A DNA stretch of 64,000 bases from NCBI GenBank assembly GCA_018397065.1, contig JAGTRI010000002.1, forward strand, positions 23,746 through 87,745, given 5' to 3'. The notes beneath the pieces were generated by a model. The model was not told the DNA's origin. It worked only from the letters and a program-made list of their open reading frames with translations, and did no database searches. This DNA comes from Candidatus Bathyarchaeota archaeon. Its GTDB lineage: Archaea > Thermoproteota > Bathyarchaeia > Bathyarchaeales > DTEX01. The first letter of the stretch is position 1. Every line of letters starts with the position of its first letter. The position numbers were made by a program, and so were the translations under genes. Shown in pieces: positions 25,318-35,051 of the stretch.

Positions 25318-27234
25318 GTGGCCTCAACAGAAAAGGACAAGGAAATGATACGAAAAACTATCTTTGAGCATCTTCCGAAAGAAGCAGAACTTACACGTAT
25401 TGAATTTGAGGGTCCATCATTAGCCATTTACACTAAAAAACCCGAAATACGAATAACCCAAAGTAAGGCTATCACGGAAATTGTCAACCTAATCAAAAAA
25501 AGAATAGTCATCCGTTCCGACCCTTCTGTAAGGATGGCTGAACCTGAAGCCCAAAAAACTATTATAGAAATAGTTACGCGAGAAGCTGAAATCACAAATG
25601 TTTTGTTTGACCCAACTGTTGGAGAAGTTATCATTGAAGCTAAGAAGCCTGGTCTTGTGATTGGTAAGGACGGCGCAACACTTAACGAAATCGTGGTTAA
25701 GACACGTTGGATTCCTCGAGTTCTGAGAAGCCCACCGAAACCGTCAAAAATAATTGCTCACGTAAGGCATTCGCTTTATTCAGGAAGTAAGGAAAGAGAG
25801 AGGATCCTTCGAAACGTCGGTGAAAGAATCTACAGACCATTATTACACGAGGTTGGAGACGTCAGAATCACGATGTTGGGTGCTGCCAGAGAAGTTGGCC
25901 GTTCAGCCGTTCTTGTGGAGACAAGAGAAAGCCAAGTTCTGATTGATTGCGGCATAAACCCTGGTTCTACTAAGCCTTTCGAGGTTTTTCCAAGGTTTGA
26001 CGTTGCACAGTTTGACCCTTCAAACTTAGACGCAGTTGTCATAAGCCACGCTCATCTAGACCACTGCGGTTTCTTGCCTTTCCTTTTCAAGTATGGATTT
26101 GATGGACCAGTGTATTGTTCTGTGCCGAATTTGAGTCTCATGACGCTTCTTCAGCTTGACTATCTTGATGTCATGTCAAAACAAGGTATGCCATTGTTTT
26201 ACGACCAAAAGGACGTGCGTGAAAGTGTGTTACACACTGTTCCTTTGCGGTTTGGCGTGGTTACAGATATCGCTCCCGACATTAGACTAACCTTGCATAA
26301 TGCTGGGCACATTCTTGGTTCTTCTGTAGTTCACCTTCACGTAGGCGAGGGCTACCATAATATAGTTTACACTGGCGACTTTAAGTACGGCAAGACAATG
26401 TTGCTAGAGGCTGCTGCCAGAGATTTTCCTAGGGTTGAAACAATAATCACCGAAGCAACTTACAGTGGACCAACCGACATCATGCCGGCGAGGGAAGAGG
26501 CTGAGCAGAAGCTTACGCAAATAATTAACGAAACTCTCACTCGTGGTGGAAAGGTTCTAATTCCAGTTCCCGCTGTAGGTAGGGCTCAAGAGATCATGCT
26601 TGTTTTAGACGAGTACATGAAAAGAGGAATGATGAAGGAAGCACCAGTCTTCATAGAAGGGATGATTTCTGAGGCGACGGCCATTCACACCGCACATCCT
26701 GAATATTTGTCCAGAGAGGTCAGAAACAGCATACTTAACGAAGGTATAAACCCATTTGAGTCTGACTACTTCACCGTTGTTGAACATCCAAGTGCAAGAC
26801 AAGACATAGTTAATGGTGAACCCAGCATTATCGTTGCAACAGCAGGAATGCTTGAAGGCGGACCTATAATCGACTATTTCCAACAGTTAGCTGAGGACAG
26901 TAGGAACACAATAATCTTTGTCAGCTACCAAATCGAAGGAACACTCGGCAGACGAGTACAGAAAAAGGTGCCCGAAGTCTCAGTTTTTAACTCAGAAGGA
27001 AAAATCAAGGTTATCAAGTGCAATCTCGAAGTTCAAACCGTCGACGGGTTTTCCGGGCACTCTGACAGAAGACAAATAATCGGGTACATCCGTAAACTGG
27101 CATCAAAACCTGAGAACGTCATTGTCTGCCATGGAGAAAGATCAAAATGCATTGGGCTGGCTGATTACTTGCGCACAAGATACAAAATTAACGCCATAGC
27201 ACCAGATGTTCTGGAAACTATTAGGCTTCACTAA
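25318..27234 (+). CDS. fttA: aCPSF1/FttA beta-CASP ribonuclease with two KH domains (transcription termination factor)
   Basis: N-terminal KH domains (VIGKDGATLNEI), metallo-beta-lactamase HAHLDHCG, and beta-CASP region. 638 aa. Confidence 0.93.
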   Translation: MASTEKDKEMIRKTIFEHLPKEAELTRIEFEGPSLAIYTKKPEIRITQSKAITEIVNLIKKRIVIRSDPSVRMAEPEAQKTIIEIVTREAEITNVLFDPTVGEVIIEAKKPGLVIGKDGATLNEIVVKTRWIPRVLRSPPKPSKIIAHVRHSLYSGSKERERILRNVGERIYRPLLHEVGDVRITMLGAAREVGRSAVLVETRESQVLIDCGINPGSTKPFEVFPRFDVAQFDPSNLDAVVISHAHLDHCGFLPFLFKYGFDGPVYCSVPNLSLMTLLQLDYLDVMSKQGMPLFYDQKDVRESVLHTVPLRFGVVTDIAPDIRLTLHNAGHILGSSVVHLHVGEGYHNIVYTGDFKYGKTMLLEAAARDFPRVETIITEATYSGPTDIMPAREEAEQKLTQIINETLTRGGKVLIPVPAVGRAQEIMLVLDEYMKRGMMKEAPVFIEGMISEATAIHTAHPEYLSREVRNSILNEGINPFESDYFTVVEHPSARQDIVNGEPSIIVATAGMLEGGPIIDYFQQLAEDSRNTIIFVSYQIEGTLGRRVQKKVPEVSVFNSEGKIKVIKCNLEVQTVDGFSGHSDRRQIIGYIRKLASKPENVIVCHGERSKCIGLADYLRTRYKINAIAPDVLETIRLH

Positions 27235-27253
27235 GTTTTCCCGTCTAGGCTTG

Positions 27254-27652
27254 TTATCTTTTTTCTCTCCACACTTTTATGTTTGTTGGAGTTACGATAA
27301 TGCGGTCTTCGCCTAAGCTGGCAATGTCGCCGTCTATTCTTTGGGAAACTTTTTTTAATTTTCTAACAGCACGTCTGACGTCATCAAGATCCACATCAAA
27401 AAGAGGCGTTAACCGAACTATGACGATATTACCAGATTCAAGTTCAGCTACAATATTCTCAAGTTCTTCTAGCGAGTTCAAAACTGTGGATTTAATGTAA
27501 ACCGGTTTGGCCTCTAACGCTGTTTGAAAAGGAACACGTTCTTGCATTAGGTCAGCCACGTTTTCGGGCGTCGGTTCTTCTTGAGGCGGTTCTTCTTTTT
27601 TAACTCTGCCTACTATTTTTTCTATGACCTTGCCTAAATTCGCACTGGCCAA
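27254..27652 (-). CDS. sepF: cell division protein SepF
   Basis: C-terminal SepF core NIVIVRLTPL..DVRRAVRKLK..DGDIASLGEDRIIVTP. Confidence 0.75.
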   Translation of the reverse strand: MASANLGKVIEKIVGRVKKEEPPQEEPTPENVADLMQERVPFQTALEAKPVYIKSTVLNSLEELENIVAELESGNIVIVRLTPLFDVDLDDVRRAVRKLKKVSQRIDGDIASLGEDRIIVTPTNIKVWREKR

Positions 27653-27708
27653 AATCCACCCCTCAAAACTCTTCTTAATTTATAAGGGTAAGATAGCATA
27701 GAAGTGTC

Positions 27709-28224
27709 TTAACTCTTTCGTCTGTCCTCAATTTCTTTGATGACTGTCCAACTTTCGTCTCCTACGCAATGTAGGTTTTCAAATAACTTGCCCTTTTTAA
27801 TTGTTAACGTCGTGTTTGAATCAAATATGGACTTCGCAATAGCTATAGGCTTCTTGTTTTTAACATCTACAACTGCAACTATACTTTTCGGTTTGAAGTC
27901 TCCTTGAATGTCAACGATGCCAGGTCCCATCACGTCGGCACCGTTGCAGATGTATGGCACTGCACCCATGTCTACAACAACTTTTGATAGGCGTGAAACG
28001 CATTGTTCAAAAGATAGTGTGGGAAACAAGTCGCTTTTGAATTCAATAAAAATGGGACGTCCATTAACAACATAAATCTTGCCTTTTAGTGTTTCCGTCA
28101 CCTCAATTTGGGGTTTTGAGCCGAATATGGATTCGATGTTTAGCCCAAAATTTTTGGAAACTTTTTCTAGGAACTGTTTTCGGTCGTCCTTTCTTAATGG
28201 GATCCTACGTATTGATGTGGACAT
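27709..28224 (-). CDS. PUA-domain RNA-binding protein (MCT-1/Tma20-like)
   Basis: N-terminal DUF1947-like region plus C-terminal PUA (GADVMGPGIV, VAVVDVKNKKPIAIAKS). Confidence 0.75.
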   Translation of the reverse strand: MSTSIRRIPLRKDDRKQFLEKVSKNFGLNIESIFGSKPQIEVTETLKGKIYVVNGRPIFIEFKSDLFPTLSFEQCVSRLSKVVVDMGAVPYICNGADVMGPGIVDIQGDFKPKSIVAVVDVKNKKPIAIAKSIFDSNTTLTIKKGKLFENLHCVGDESWTVIKEIEDRRKS

Positions 28225-28314
28225 AATCTTAGAATTTTAACAGCAACACATATAAATCTGCAAGCCTTCATACACAAACGAAATAATGGAAAGCTTCAAG
28301 GAACGTCGATAATA

Positions 28315-28551
28315 ATGGCGGAAAAAATGCAGATGACGGATAAGATTCTTGAGGAGAACCTCGGCAAAACCGTTTTAATTATGCTTAGGGGAGGTAAAAG
28401 AATAAGGGGGCTACTTCGAGGATTCGACCAACACCTTAACCTTGTATTGGAAAAAGCTGAGGACGTAACTGACAAGGACAAAACCGACGAGCTAGGCCTA
28501 ATAATAGTCAGAGGAGACAACGTCGTCATGATATCTCCGCCTCCAAGGTGA
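28315..28551 (+). CDS. Sm-like archaeal protein (LSm/SmAP)
   Basis: Sm1 and Sm2 motifs: [26 protein letters not shown] and [13 protein letters not shown]. Confidence 0.92.
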   Translation: MAEKMQMTDKILEENLGKTVLIMLRGGKRIRGLLRGFDQHLNLVLEKAEDVTDKDKTDELGLIIVRGDNVVMISPPPR

Positions 28552-28748
28552 AATGGTCTATGGGTAAAGGCACACCTTCTTTTGGAAAGCGAATGGGCAA
28601 AACCGTTCACATTCACTGCAGGCGTTGTGGTAGAAGATCATATCATGTTAGGCAAAAAAGATGCTCAGCCTGTGGATTCGGCGAGTCGCCCAGGTTACGT
28701 AGTTACTCGTGGCAGACTAAAAGATTGAGCCGTGAAAGGCGAGTTTAA
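28548..28748 (+). CDS. rpl37e: 50S ribosomal protein L37e
   Basis: [10 protein letters not shown] and zinc ribbon [17 protein letters not shown]. 4-nt overlap with the Sm gene. Confidence 0.95.
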   Translation: MKWSMGKGTPSFGKRMGKTVHIHCRRCGRRSYHVRQKRCSACGFGESPRLRSYSWQTKRLSRERRV

Positions 28749-28824
28749 CTATTTTTTGGCTACTGAAAGAAAAGCGTTTAAATAATACTGTTTGGAAAGT
28801 TACCAAAATCGACGTGAACTGGGC

Positions 28825-29133
28825 ATGGTAAGAAAAGCTAGGATAAAACTTACAAGTACAGACTACAAGAAACTTGAAAGTGTATGCGAAGAACTAAAAA
28901 CCATAGCCCAGAAAAGCGGCGTGAAATCTAATGGACCTATCGCGTTGCCAACAAAAAGGCTTCGTGTGCCAGTTATGAAAAGCCCTTGTGGCGAAGGAAC
29001 CAAAACATGGGACAAGTGGGAACTGCGCATCCATAAACGCTTGATGGATATCGACGCGGAAGAAAGAGTTATGCGTCGAGTCATGAGAATGCGGGTTCCA
29101 GAAGAAGTCTTCATAAGTATTGAACTGATCTAG
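28825..29133 (+). CDS. rps10: 30S ribosomal protein S10 (uS10)
   Basis: ARIKLTSTDYKKLE..GPIALPTKRLRVPVMKSPCGEG..WELRIHKRLMDI. ATG at 28825 preferred over the upstream TTG. Confidence 0.93.
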   Translation: MVRKARIKLTSTDYKKLESVCEELKTIAQKSGVKSNGPIALPTKRLRVPVMKSPCGEGTKTWDKWELRIHKRLMDIDAEERVMRRVMRMRVPEEVFISIELI

Positions 29134-29206
29134 CATCATTTTTTATGAGTTCAATTGCTAAGAAAACAGAAAGAGATCTTTACAGCGTTTTGGTTTAAGC
29201 CTTAAT

Positions 29207-30031
29207 CTAAATTAATAAAGTAAAAAGCATCAAAACAACAGCGACTGTAAAGCTTGTTGCCCAAACAGCTTTGTTCCACCAGAAAACTTTTGCTCCATCA
29301 AAAATTCCAAAGGGAACAAGATTGAGAACAGCTATCCAGATAGAAAGGGCGGCGCTGTTCAAAAGCAAAGTGTTTAGGCTACCATGAAAAAGAAACACAA
29401 AAAACAGGAATACTCCAGTAAGACCTATGCTTGTTAAAGGCCCCGCAAGCGCTGACACGCCGATGACCTTTTTGTTTGCTGCGCCTGCGATAACTACGGC
29501 TCCTGGCGAAATGATTTTAATTAAAGGCACGGCTATCGTCATTACGGTGAACGCTGCTCCAATAGGGTTAATGCGGAACTCAGCCCAAAGCCCATACTGT
29601 TTGGCAACGGCTTTGTGTGCGAGTTCATGAGACAGAAAGATAAATGTGAAAATCGCAGCGGAAATAAAAGTGCTGATTGGGTCTGAGAAAATTTTGAAAA
29701 CCCATTCTAATCCGACGCTGTCCCAAGCAAGCCCCACCGCCATCACGATCAACGCTCCGATTGTTAAGTGAGCTAACTCTGTAGTGCTGATCCAACCTTC
29801 TCTTTTTATTTTAAACGGGTACTGAAACGTTGGTTGGCTTAGACTTTCAAAAGGACGCTCTTCACGGAGTCCACTGATTTTTTCTTTTTCGCTTGGCTTA
29901 ATAAGTGCCGCTTTCCAAAGTTCTGGGCAGTGATGGTTTTCTGGAAGTCTGTGTTCTTCGCAGTGGTACATGCCGCAGAATGAGCATCTGAAAGGAAGGT
30001 CAACGTTTTTGCCGCAGTATTGGCACTTCAA
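29207..30031 (-). CDS. AN1-type zinc finger fused to a site-2 protease (M50) family membrane metalloprotease
   Basis: N-terminus CQYCGKNVDLPFRCSFCGMYHCEEHRLPENHHC (AN1). HELAHK zinc motif and NLVPFGIFDG (S2P NxxPxxxDG) within a multi-TM body. Confidence 0.7.
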   Translation of the reverse strand: MKCQYCGKNVDLPFRCSFCGMYHCEEHRLPENHHCPELWKAALIKPSEKEKISGLREERPFESLSQPTFQYPFKIKREGWISTTELAHLTIGALIVMAVGLAWDSVGLEWVFKIFSDPISTFISAAIFTFIFLSHELAHKAVAKQYGLWAEFRINPIGAAFTVMTIAVPLIKIISPGAVVIAGAANKKVIGVSALAGPLTSIGLTGVFLFFVFLFHGSLNTLLLNSAALSIWIAVLNLVPFGIFDGAKVFWWNKAVWATSFTVAVVLMLFTLLI

Positions 30032-30162
30032 TGCCGGTTCATCTCTTTTTTCTTGATATTGCTCGTAAAAAGGTTTAGTGTCGTGGCTTAAACTTGTTTC
30101 GTTAAGAAGGATTAAAAGACAGAAAGATTCTAAATTTTAACAACACAAAGGCTGGAATTGAA

Positions 30163-31185
30163 ATGAAGGACAATACAGTAAATAAGAATATAATTAAATG
30201 CGCAGTGATAGGGTATGGTCCTGCTTTCAATATGGGTAAAGCCCACTGTGACCAGATAAAGGCAACAGAAGGGCTTAAGCTTGTCGCCGTCTGCGATGCT
30301 GATCCAAAAAGAACTGAGGCTGCAAGAAAGGATTTTCCAGAAATTAAGACCTACGAAGATTTGGGTAAGATGCTTGACGACGCGGAGTTCGACCTTGTAA
30401 CCGTAGTTACGCCGCATAATACTCACGCCAAATTAGCTCTGCAATGTTTGAAGGCTGGAAAACACGTTATTGTCGAGAAACCAATGTGTATAACAACCTC
30501 TGAAGCCACTGCGATGATTGATGAGGCGAAAAAAAGGAGGTTAATGCTTACAGTTTATCATAACCGAAGGCTCGACGGCGACTTTCTTGCGTTAAAGGAA
30601 ACGATACACCAGGGCCTGATAGGACAAGTTTTTCACGTGGAATCCTTTATGGGAGGATACGGGCATCCTGGAACATGGTGGCGTTCAAACAAGAAAATTT
30701 CGGGTGGAGCCTTCTACGATTGGGGGGCGCATTTGCTGGACTGGATTCTCAACATAGTTCCAAGCAGAATCGTCGGAGTCACAGGCTGCTTCCATAAACT
30801 TGTTTGGATGGACGTTACAAACGAAGACCAAGTCGAAGCCTTAATCCGCTTTGAAAATGGTGCTGTTGCGGATGTTCAGCTTTCAAGCTTAGCCAGCATA
30901 GGAAAGCCTCGTTGGAGAATTTTAGGCACTAAGGGCGGGATCACGTCTGTGCATGACCAGCAATACTTTCGCATGGTTACTTACAGCGACAATAAACCTG
31001 TTGAAACAAAAATCCAATTTTGGAAAGGTGAGCACTCAGCGTATTATAGAAACATTGCTGACCACCTGTTACGTGGCGCAGAATTATTGGTTAAGCCTGA
31101 AGAAGCAAGACGGGTCATCGCCATCATGGAGGCGGCTGAAGAATCGTCAAAAACTTGCAAAACCGTTAAACCTGCATACCCATAA
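30163..31185 (+). CDS. Gfo/Idh/MocA family oxidoreductase
   Basis: KCAVIGYGPAFNMGKAH Rossmann N-terminus and EKPMCIT motif. Confidence 0.9.
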   Translation: MKDNTVNKNIIKCAVIGYGPAFNMGKAHCDQIKATEGLKLVAVCDADPKRTEAARKDFPEIKTYEDLGKMLDDAEFDLVTVVTPHNTHAKLALQCLKAGKHVIVEKPMCITTSEATAMIDEAKKRRLMLTVYHNRRLDGDFLALKETIHQGLIGQVFHVESFMGGYGHPGTWWRSNKKISGGAFYDWGAHLLDWILNIVPSRIVGVTGCFHKLVWMDVTNEDQVEALIRFENGAVADVQLSSLASIGKPRWRILGTKGGITSVHDQQYFRMVTYSDNKPVETKIQFWKGEHSAYYRNIADHLLRGAELLVKPEEARRVIAIMEAAEESSKTCKTVKPAYP

Positions 31186-31187
31186 AG

Positions 31188-31206
31188 TTTTTTTTTAAAA
31201 AAAAAA
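31188..31206. terminator. T9A10 palindromic homopolymer tract (possible bidirectional oligo-T terminator)
   Basis: TTTTTTTTTAAAAAAAAAA begins 2 nt after the stop of the 30163-31185 gene. Confidence 0.4.
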
Positions 31207-31241
31207 TACAGATAATAAATGGCTGGTAGGGGTTCCGCAGC

Positions 31242-32171
31242 GTGAAGCACGGCTACGGAAAAAGGGTTCCCGTCATCTTAGATACCGACATTGGAGGCGA
31301 CATAGATGACACTTGGGCGCTGGCGATGCTGCTGAAGTCTCCTGAGCTCGACGTTAAGCTTGTTGTTTCCGACACTGCTAACACGACTTACAGAGCTAAG
31401 ATCATCGCGAAGATGCTTGAAACCGCTGGAAGAACCGATGTTCCCGTTGGAGTTGGAATTCACCTAAGCGACGATATTGGTCCCCAACAGGAATGGGTTG
31501 AAGACTACCAACTGGCATCTTATAAAGGCAAAGTCTACCAAGATGGCGTAAAAGCCATAATTGACACAATAATGAACTCGCCTAGACCAGTAACGTTGGT
31601 GTGCATCGGCCCGGTTCCCAACATCGCAGCGGCTCTTGAAAGAGAGCCTAGAATAGCTCAAAAAGCAAGATTTGTCGGAATGCATGGGTGCCTCCGCAAA
31701 AGTCCTTGGGGATACAACGGAAAAGAAGGAGGCTTAGTAGCTGAATACAATGTCTACGCAAACCCGAAGGCTTTGCAAAAGGTTTTTGAGGCCTCTTGGC
31801 CGATAACGATTACTCCGCTTGACACATGTGGCTTCGTTAGGCTTAAGGGCGAAAAATATTGTGCTGTCAGGGATTGCAATGACCCGGTTGTTCAGGCTTT
31901 AATGGAGAATTACAAGGTTTGGCTGAAAAAACGTGGAGACACACAGCAATTTGAGACTCAAAGCACGATTCTTTTCGACACGGTTGCGGTTTACCTAGCC
32001 TTTTCCGAAGAACTACTTGTGATGCAGGAACTCGGCATCCGCGTAACCGACGATGGCTACACCTTAATAGATGATAAAGCTAGACGTGTAAACTGCGCTG
32101 TCGAGTGGAGAGACCTTTCCGCGTACGAAGACTTTCTAGTGGCAAGGTTAACTGGCAAAAAACTTGTATAA
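31242..32171 (+). CDS. nucleoside hydrolase (IUNH family)
   Basis: VILDTDIGGDIDDTWAL is the aspartate-rich IUNH fingerprint. GTG start. Confidence 0.88.
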   Translation: MKHGYGKRVPVILDTDIGGDIDDTWALAMLLKSPELDVKLVVSDTANTTYRAKIIAKMLETAGRTDVPVGVGIHLSDDIGPQQEWVEDYQLASYKGKVYQDGVKAIIDTIMNSPRPVTLVCIGPVPNIAAALEREPRIAQKARFVGMHGCLRKSPWGYNGKEGGLVAEYNVYANPKALQKVFEASWPITITPLDTCGFVRLKGEKYCAVRDCNDPVVQALMENYKVWLKKRGDTQQFETQSTILFDTVAVYLAFSEELLVMQELGIRVTDDGYTLIDDKARRVNCAVEWRDLSAYEDFLVARLTGKKLV

Positions 32172-32183
32172 ACGCAGTTGCCC

Positions 32184-32471
32184 TTATTTGCAGCGTTTAA
32201 GATCTGGGTATGTGCTGCGGATTTTTTCGTCCGCAATCTTTGCAATCAAGGAGTTCGAGATCAACACGCACTTCACGTTCAAAAGGTCAGCAAGGTCAGC
32301 TGACTTCTGGTCCTGAGTGACAAGCAAAAGATTATTTTTTCTAGCGAAGTTCACCACATCCCTGTCTTTAGCTCCCTGAAGCCCCACGTCTTGGACTGTT
32401 ACAACCTCCCATCCTAAGGTTTCAAAGTATTCCTTAAGCCCAGCGTACATCTCGTCAAGCAAAAGCTTCAA
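32184..32471 (-). CDS. DUF5615/Mut7-C-like PIN-fold protein (putative toxin-type RNase)
   Basis: A TTG at 32471 gives MKLLLDEMYAGLKEYFETLGWEVVTV, like DUF5615 N-termini. The longer ORF to 32729 runs antisense through tRNA-Ser. Confidence 0.6.
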   Translation of the reverse strand: MKLLLDEMYAGLKEYFETLGWEVVTVQDVGLQGAKDRDVVNFARKNNLLLVTQDQKSADLADLLNVKCVLISNSLIAKIADEKIRSTYPDLKRCK

Positions 32472-32605
32472 CCAGAAGGCCTCCGCAAACAGACATATAT
32501 GGCAATTACCACAACGAAAAAATATTTTAACCTTTCCAGCAGCAAAAAGGTTCAAATAAACCGAAAACCCGAATAATCTACAAACAAACATGGAACGCCT
32601 AATAA

Positions 32606-32690
32606 AGCCGGGGTGGCTGAGTGGATATAGCGCAGGCCTTGAGAGCCTGTGGCCCCCGCGGGCCGCATGGGTTCGAATCCCATCCCCGGC
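32606..32690 (+). tRNA. tRNA-Ser (anticodon UGA), class II with long variable arm, no encoded CCA
   Basis: Acceptor GCCGGGG/CCCCGGC, anticodon stem CAGGC/GCCUG with loop CUUGAGA, variable arm UGGCCCCCGCGGGCCGC, T-loop GGGUUCGAAUCCC, then a T-tract. Confidence 0.93.
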
Positions 32691-32826
32691 GCTAATAAAT
32701 TTTTTAGGGAGACTCAAGCGTACGTCCATTAATTACATGGGTGATCTATGGCTGAATAATGTAAGAAGAAAACTGTGTCACTTCTTAGCTGTTTGTGGAA
32801 ATTGAAAATCGTTGCAGTGACTTTTG

Positions 32827-33642
32827 TTATTTCATCCATTCACGCATTTTCTGGACGTATTGTGGGAAGACGGTTTCTGGTTCTGCAAGTTCAGGTATCC
32901 ACCTTTTTTCCCATTCTAGCGTTGCGTAGCCTCGGTATCCGCCTTGGACGAGGAGTTCAAGCATCCGTTTTATCGGCACAGTGCCTTCGCCAAGAAGCGT
33001 GTAGCGGGGTTTCCCGTTTTTGTCAAGAACTGAGTCTTTAACGTGTGTGGCTACGGTGTATTGCCCAATGTTTGCAAACGTGACTTCAGGTTGTTCGCCG
33101 TTGACCCGGTATGGATGATGAAGGTCCCACAAGACCCGCACATAGGGATGATTGGTCAACGAAATTACTTGCGCGAGGGTCTCTGAGTTTGTCCACGCGT
33201 CATGAGTTTCCAAAGCTAAAGTGACATCGTATTCTTCTGCTGTGTCTCCGATTCTGCGCAGGTTTTTAACAAGAATGGGCATTATGGTCTTCACGGTGTA
33301 ACCCTCAGGGATTTGTCCACCGTAAATCCGCAGTATGTGGGCGTCCAGTTTGTGTGCCACTTCGAGGTTTCTTTTTGCTTCGTCGAACTGTTTTTCTTTT
33401 TTCACCTCGTCAACGACTGCGAAGCTTGCGGAAACCGAAACCGCTGAGACCGCTACACCATGATCCCTTAGCAGCTTTTGGGTCTTTTTTATGTCTGTTG
33501 TGAATTCAGGTCTGCGGCTGATGTCTATGTCTTCAAGTAAGCCTCGGAAGTCAACTGCGTCATACCCCATCTTAGCCGCGTTTTCCACTATCTGCTTAAG
33601 CGTCCACCTTGGGCACCCAAGCGTCGTGAAAGACAGCTTCAT
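32827..33642 (-). CDS. sugar phosphate isomerase/epimerase (xylose isomerase-like TIM barrel)
   Basis: MKLSFTTLGCP, LALETH and HVKD motifs. Confidence 0.85.
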   Translation of the reverse strand: MKLSFTTLGCPRWTLKQIVENAAKMGYDAVDFRGLLEDIDISRRPEFTTDIKKTQKLLRDHGVAVSAVSVSASFAVVDEVKKEKQFDEAKRNLEVAHKLDAHILRIYGGQIPEGYTVKTIMPILVKNLRRIGDTAEEYDVTLALETHDAWTNSETLAQVISLTNHPYVRVLWDLHHPYRVNGEQPEVTFANIGQYTVATHVKDSVLDKNGKPRYTLLGEGTVPIKRMLELLVQGGYRGYATLEWEKRWIPELAEPETVFPQYVQKMREWMK

Positions 33643-33725
33643 AAATATGTTCCTCCAAATTGTCTCAATTGGTAAATTGTCTACACACGCTTATGTGGCT
33701 GTCGGTTCAGAAAAAACAGGTGAGT

Positions 33726-35051
33726 TTAAGGCTTTCTTATTTTAAGTTTTTTAAAGGATATTCTGGCTGTTACGATTTTTTCTGTTGTGAAGATCCTTGC
33801 CGCTATGTACAGCACGGCGATGGTGAACGCTGAAACGTAGGCGATGCTTATCAGCATTGTGAAGTAGTCGCCTAAGAACGCAGCTTTGGTGGCTATGATC
33901 GAATGCGTGTACGGAATGGCGTACAACACTATCTGAATCGGATACGGAAGCATCTGAATGTCTGTAAACATCAGAATCAATGAGGGAAAAATGAAGATGA
34001 AGTTTAACGGTCCAACAAGCGCTTGGGCGCTTCTCACGTTTTCTGAAAATGCAGCTACGATGATTGCGAGAGCTAAGGCTGAAACGATTGTGACGAAAAT
34101 CATCACGCCTAGGAGACCGTAAGAAAGAGGGGTCATGGACAACCCTAAATCCTCGAGGCTTATGTTCTGAGTTGGAATCATCTGATTAAAAGAATTAATG
34201 TAATAGTTAACTCCAATAATCGAGGCTATTGCTCCTGCAGCTGCGACGACAACTGAGCCTGCTAGTTTTCCCGTTAGTATGCCAAGTCTGCTAATTGGAA
34301 CCGTCAACAAGGTTTCAAGGGTTTTTTCCTCTTTTTCGATGGAAATCGAGGTAGCCGCTATCTGCATTGCAGAAACGAGAAGCAACATTATGACCAATGG
34401 GAACCCAAGCGACTGAGACATGAAGAGGCTTCTGAGAATGTCTGACGAAACGTTAACTATTTTTCCCTTGACAACTGCAACGTTGCTGATTGAAATTGGG
34501 TCGAGAACGGCTAACGGGTCTCTGTCTGGAAAGGCTTGCCTAATTGCTTGAGTAACAAGAGCATTTTTGTACAGATTAATCGGCACCTCAACTGCGGACG
34601 ACCTGATTCCCTCAGCGAGGCTTAAACTTTCAAAAACGGAGTAAACAATTATTTTTGCTCTGAGACCAAGGGTGAGGTTTTGACTGAAGCCTTGAGGGAT
34701 AACGACCAGAGTTGTCGTGTTGCTTTGTGAAAGGTCAACCAAAGCATCCTCAACCGTGGAAGAGCCAGTTTCAATTATGGTGACATTCATGCTTTGAAGC
34801 ATAAGCAAAAGGCTTTCAGCCAGCGGTCCTTTGTCAAGGTTCATAATCATAACTGAAACGTTCCTCGTTGATTCTTCGAGGGTGCTTGTTGAAATGTTCA
34901 TAGCTGCGCCCATCAAAGGAAATGTAATAAGCGGCATCAAGACCATGCCTAGCATGATTTTTGGGTCTCGAAGAAGCTCCTTTATCTCCTTGCTAATAAG
35001 GTTGCTTAGTCCTTTAACCAAGTTTCGTCGCCTCCATAAATACGTCTTCAA
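33726..35051 (-). CDS. ABC-2 type exporter permease (NatB-like)
   Basis: N-terminal TM helix, large extracytoplasmic loop, five C-terminal TM helices. Overlaps the stop of the upstream ATPase gene. Confidence 0.75.
   Translation of the reverse strand: MKTYLWRRRNLVKGLSNLISKEIKELLRDPKIMLGMVLMPLITFPLMGAAMNISTSTLEESTRNVSVMIMNLDKGPLAESLLLMLQSMNVTIIETGSSTVEDALVDLSQSNTTTLVVIPQGFSQNLTLGLRAKIIVYSVFESLSLAEGIRSSAVEVPINLYKNALVTQAIRQAFPDRDPLAVLDPISISNVAVVKGKIVNVSSDILRSLFMSQSLGFPLVIMLLLVSAMQIAATSISIEKEEKTLETLLTVPISRLGILTGKLAGSVVVAAAGAIASIIGVNYYINSFNQMIPTQNISLEDLGLSMTPLSYGLLGVMIFVTIVSALALAIIVAAFSENVRSAQALVGPLNFIFIFPSLILMFTDIQMLPYPIQIVLYAIPYTHSIIATKAAFLGDYFTMLISIAYVSAFTIAVLYIAARIFTTEKIVTARISFKKLKIRKP

Noticed and set aside
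32472-32729. N-terminal extension of the 181-aa ORF running antisense across tRNA-Ser.
   Set aside because: The extension overlaps a high-confidence tRNA and translates to non-protein-like sequence. The family-typical N-terminus begins at the TTG at 32471.
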